Assembly (NCBI GenBank): GCA_965248535.1
Contig: CBDFJR010000002.1
Coordinates: 1,184,001 to 1,248,000, forward strand
DNA length: 64,000 bases
Origin: Phormidesmis sp.
GTDB lineage: Bacteria > Cyanobacteriota > Cyanobacteriia > Leptolyngbyales > Leptolyngbyaceae
Reading direction: 5' to 3'
Shown here: one piece after another, positions 61,031 to 64,000 of the stretch
Layout of the letters: each line of letters starts with the position of its first letter
How positions within the stretch are numbered: the stretch's first letter is position 1
Notes under the pieces: model-generated
What the model was told of the DNA's origin: nothing
What the model saw: only the letters and a program-made list of their open reading frames with translations
Database searches by the model: none
Translations under genes and position numbers: made by a program

Positions 61031-61236
61031 GCTTTTGGCTCCAGAATTTGAAAGATGGTGTCGCGGCTGACAAGTTCGCTGGTGTTGCCTTCTGCGATCG
61101 CTCGTTCCATTGCAATATCTTCGATGACTTCTGCAAGTAGCTCAGAAAATTCTTCTCGGTTGTCTCTCAATAGTTCAACGATCGCGCTTTTTAAGAGTTC
61201 CTTTAGTTGCTCTGGGTTGAGCGTGATTTCAGACAT
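61027..61236 (-). CDS. Putative antitoxin
   Basis: Small acidic protein (EVIEDIAMERAIAEG), GTGA overlap with the toxin, GGAGG RBS. Confidence 0.75.
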   Translation of the reverse strand: MSEITLNPEQLKELLKSAIVELLRDNREEFSELLAEVIEDIAMERAIAEGNTSELVSRDTIFQILEPKA

Positions 61237-61278
61237 TGTGCCTCCGTGCGTGATGATGGGTCAGATTTTAGGGGGTGC

Positions 61279-64000
61279 CTAGGGGCCAACGATCGCTTCC
61301 CCATTTTTCTCTTTTTCTGCTAATTCTAAGTTTAACGTCAGCAGTTTTTCGAGCAGGTCATCGTCTGGTTTGAAGCGGTAGGCTTGAAGGACGATCGTAT
61401 CGAGTTTGGCGTGGAGCTTAAAGAGTTGACTGGTCGGCTCGTGGAAATATTCGTTGTAGAGTTTGGTGATGCCCCACTGTTTTTTCTCCATTTGGGCGCT
61501 GCGGTAGTCGTGGAGTTCTTGGGCAGTGGCGCGGATGGTGGTGATCAGGTTAAGGGCTGGGGTTTGGGGGAAGGGGAAGGTTTCAAAGCAGGTGTTGTGA
61601 GTGTAGCGAGTATCGCCTTTCAGCGTAGAACTTTGTGCTTTTACCCAGGTTCGATGAACGTTTGAGGTGAGAATGCCAAGAATGTAGAAATCATCGGATG
61701 TAACAGGATGAGCATTATTTCCAGCCAGCCAGTTTTTAGGAAATGGAATAAACATAAACCACTTTGAAACTTCTGGAACTGCAAAGCATTGAGACAGTAA
61801 AGCAAGCTCTTTCCTCATTGCTGGTCTTTTTTCACCGTACTTCCACCAATTAAGTTTGGTCACTTCTCTACGATTCAGATCTCGCTCTGGTTTAACGTTG
61901 ATTTTCACATGAGTGAAAGGGAGTTTATACTCACTAGCCTCTTCGATAGCCATATCGTTGAAGTCAATAATCCAACGTTCTGGTAATCCATTAGGATTTT
62001 GGGCTAAATTAGCACCCATTGAAAACAGTTTGAGAACTTCTTGATTCTTTGAGTCTGCTTTAATCCATTGAATTGCTTGCTGTTCGTTAATAATGAAACC
62101 TTTACCGATAGGAATAACACCTTGAAAACATTTATTAAGATTGACTTTGAGACGAACGGCTTGGGAAACATCGATTTCTGCTTTTAGCGAGGAGTTGATA
62201 TACAAAACGGGTTGGCTATCAAGATATAGCTTTGACTTGCTGTTAAGCATAGCCTGAGCTAAAAGCCCACCACTACCGCAAGCAGGATCAAGCATTTTCA
62301 AATTAGGGTCGAGCGAGCTAATATTCAGCTTAATCCAGTTGACAATACTGACATGAACCTTTGCTTCTCCTGACCATACCTGAGATGAAACTGCTTCATG
62401 AATAATGCCGCCTTTTTGAGTCACATAATCTAGTGCAGCAGTTCGGCTTTTTCCTTGACTAATTGAGTTTGTTGCAACTAATCCTGCTCGTCCAAAACTA
62501 CTGAGATTATCTTGTGTTAGACGGAACCAATAGGCGCAGAAATCAACCGAATCTTTGACATCAGGAAAGCGCTTAAACACTCGATCGATATACTCATCAC
62601 CAAGAGTCATCCGCAAATGTTTGCCACCCAAAAACGGCGGATTACCAATAATCGCATCTGCCTTCACCCACTCCGTAAACAGTGCATCTTTACAGATAAT
62701 ATTTTCATCCAGCGTGTCCAACGGCAGAGCAGGCTGGTCGTGAATATCGCAAAGGTCGATCGCCACTTTGCGGGCAATCATCAGCGTCACTCGCGCCAAC
62801 TCCACCGCAAACGCATTCGTGTCCATGCCATAAAACTGCTGCGGCGTGACAAAGCCAATGCTCATCTGACCCTGCCCACTTTCCGACCTGCGACGGGCAT
62901 CGATCTTGTCTTGCAGCACACGCTCCAGCCGTTTTAGCTCCAGATACGCCATGTAGAGAAAATTGCCCGACCCACACGCCGGATCAAGCACCTTATATTG
63001 GCGCAACTCCGTCTGCAAAGTGAAGAGTTCAGCCAATGTAGTTGCCTGCGCGATCTTGTCTTCCCAATAGCGCGTAATCGTCGGGCGCACAATCTTGAGA
63101 ATGTCTTCTTCAGACGTGAAATGAATGCCGTGGGCGTGGCGCTCACTGCGGTTGCTTTTGCCGATCGCCGACTCAAAGATATTGCCAAAGATCGATGGGC
63201 GCACCGCCTTCCAGTCTTGTGATGCTGCTGCCTCCAACAGTTCCAGTTCTTTCTCGGTCAGTTCGAGGGGATGCACCTCCCGAAACAAGCCCCCGTTAAA
63301 ATAATCTACGCCCTGATAGCGTCCTGCGGTCGCAATGCCCGGTCGATTCATCTCCTGAAACAAGTTGCCTAAAATGTCGTAGGTGTTCGATGGTTTGCCC
63401 TGGCGCGATCGCTCCAAACACTCGCGCACCGCACTAATAAACAGATCCTCTGGCAATAATTTTCGATCTTCCGCAAACATTGCCAATACGCATTGCAGCA
63501 CAAACCGCTGGGCAGTCTTCGGGTCAACGGCATCCCGCTTCCGCTGAGTCAGCATCGTCAGCAATTCGCCCATGCGTCCCGCCGCTTTCTCCGTCACCGA
63601 CACCAGATTATTGTTGAAGACAGGCGCACGATCCAACTCTGGATTCATAAACGTGAACGCCCCAATTCGTTCGGGCAACCGTTCTAACGAAATCTTCTCG
63701 ATCGGTTCTTCAGACTGCTTTTTAAAGTCATAGATCCAAAACTCATCGAAGTTGCACAGCATCACATAGCTAGGACACTGCAACTGCATCCAATAGGTGA
63801 CGGCTTGCGCGTAATGTTTATTGAGGTCTTCGCCCCGCTTCTTCATCTCAATCAGCAAATGGGGCTGCCAGGCAAGATCGGCAAAGCCCGTATTACCTTT
63901 TTTACTGCCCTTTTTTACCCGTTGCTCTAGCGTTGCCCCGGCTTCGATCGCGCCTTCATGCCCAAACGCTTGAAAGAAGCGATCGAGAAAGTTTTGCGAC
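61279..64000 (-). CDS. MmeI-like Type IIG/IIL restriction-modification enzyme, 5' end outside window
   Basis: Frame open to the window edge with FADL...LIEMK nuclease motif; LDPACGSGNFL motif I; GNPPF motif IV; TRD and RYT...FETFPFP. Confidence 0.9.
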   Translation of the reverse strand, partial: SQNFLDRFFQAFGHEGAIEAGATLEQRVKKGSKKGNTGFADLAWQPHLLIEMKKRGEDLNKHYAQAVTYWMQLQCPSYVMLCNFDEFWIYDFKKQSEEPIEKISLERLPERIGAFTFMNPELDRAPVFNNNLVSVTEKAAGRMGELLTMLTQRKRDAVDPKTAQRFVLQCVLAMFAEDRKLLPEDLFISAVRECLERSRQGKPSNTYDILGNLFQEMNRPGIATAGRYQGVDYFNGGLFREVHPLELTEKELELLEAAASQDWKAVRPSIFGNIFESAIGKSNRSERHAHGIHFTSEEDILKIVRPTITRYWEDKIAQATTLAELFTLQTELRQYKVLDPACGSGNFLYMAYLELKRLERVLQDKIDARRRSESGQGQMSIGFVTPQQFYGMDTNAFAVELARVTLMIARKVAIDLCDIHDQPALPLDTLDENIICKDALFTEWVKADAIIGNPPFLGGKHLRMTLGDEYIDRVFKRFPDVKDSVDFCAYWFRLTQDNLSSFGRAGLVATNSISQGKSRTAALDYVTQKGGIIHEAVSSQVWSGEAKVHVSIVNWIKLNISSLDPNLKMLDPACGSGGLLAQAMLNSKSKLYLDSQPVLYINSSLKAEIDVSQAVRLKVNLNKCFQGVIPIGKGFIINEQQAIQWIKADSKNQEVLKLFSMGANLAQNPNGLPERWIIDFNDMAIEEASEYKLPFTHVKINVKPERDLNRREVTKLNWWKYGEKRPAMRKELALLSQCFAVPEVSKWFMFIPFPKNWLAGNNAHPVTSDDFYILGILTSNVHRTWVKAQSSTLKGDTRYTHNTCFETFPFPQTPALNLITTIRATAQELHDYRSAQMEKKQWGITKLYNEYFHEPTSQLFKLHAKLDTIVLQAYRFKPDDDLLEKLLTLNLELAEKEKNGEAIVGP

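Noticed and set aside
61261..61281. Possible premature TAG (from TGG) at the RM C-terminus
   Set aside because: Would remove only about six residues and cannot be judged without homolog alignment
1..64000. Abundant GCGATCGC octamers as a novel repeat
   Set aside because: This is the well-known cyanobacterial HIP1 sequence

Overview
Chromosomal segment of a cyanobacterium. HIP1 GCGATCGC is dense throughout, and the window carries psbV/psbV2/petE/petJ, flv3/flv1 and a Yfr1 sRNA; gene content suggests a filamentous Leptolyngbyaceae-like strain (inference). Most of it is housekeeping (accD, coaX, bcp, argH, pcrA, sufU, guaB-like, trxA, rel, rpsU). Accessory or poorly understood parts: (i) a translationally coupled four-gene surface operon (DUF11 protein, large predicted OM beta-barrel, beta-helix/OmpA protein, 6x SdrD-B adhesin); (ii) a DAACS symporter, membrane protein, SBP-vWA lipoprotein and mini-vWA operon divergent from an HTH-NB-ARC gene; (iii) two cytoplasmic trypsin-PDZ proteases coupled to a pseudo-receiver LuxR regulator; (iv) a TnpB-only IS200/IS605 element that appears to sit exactly between a host start codon and its RBS while supplying a replacement RBS; (v) an unassigned structured RNA candidate after trxA; (vi) an MmeI-like RM gene followed by stacked intact and decayed toxin-antitoxin modules. 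All family calls are from motif recognition by eye; no database searches were run.
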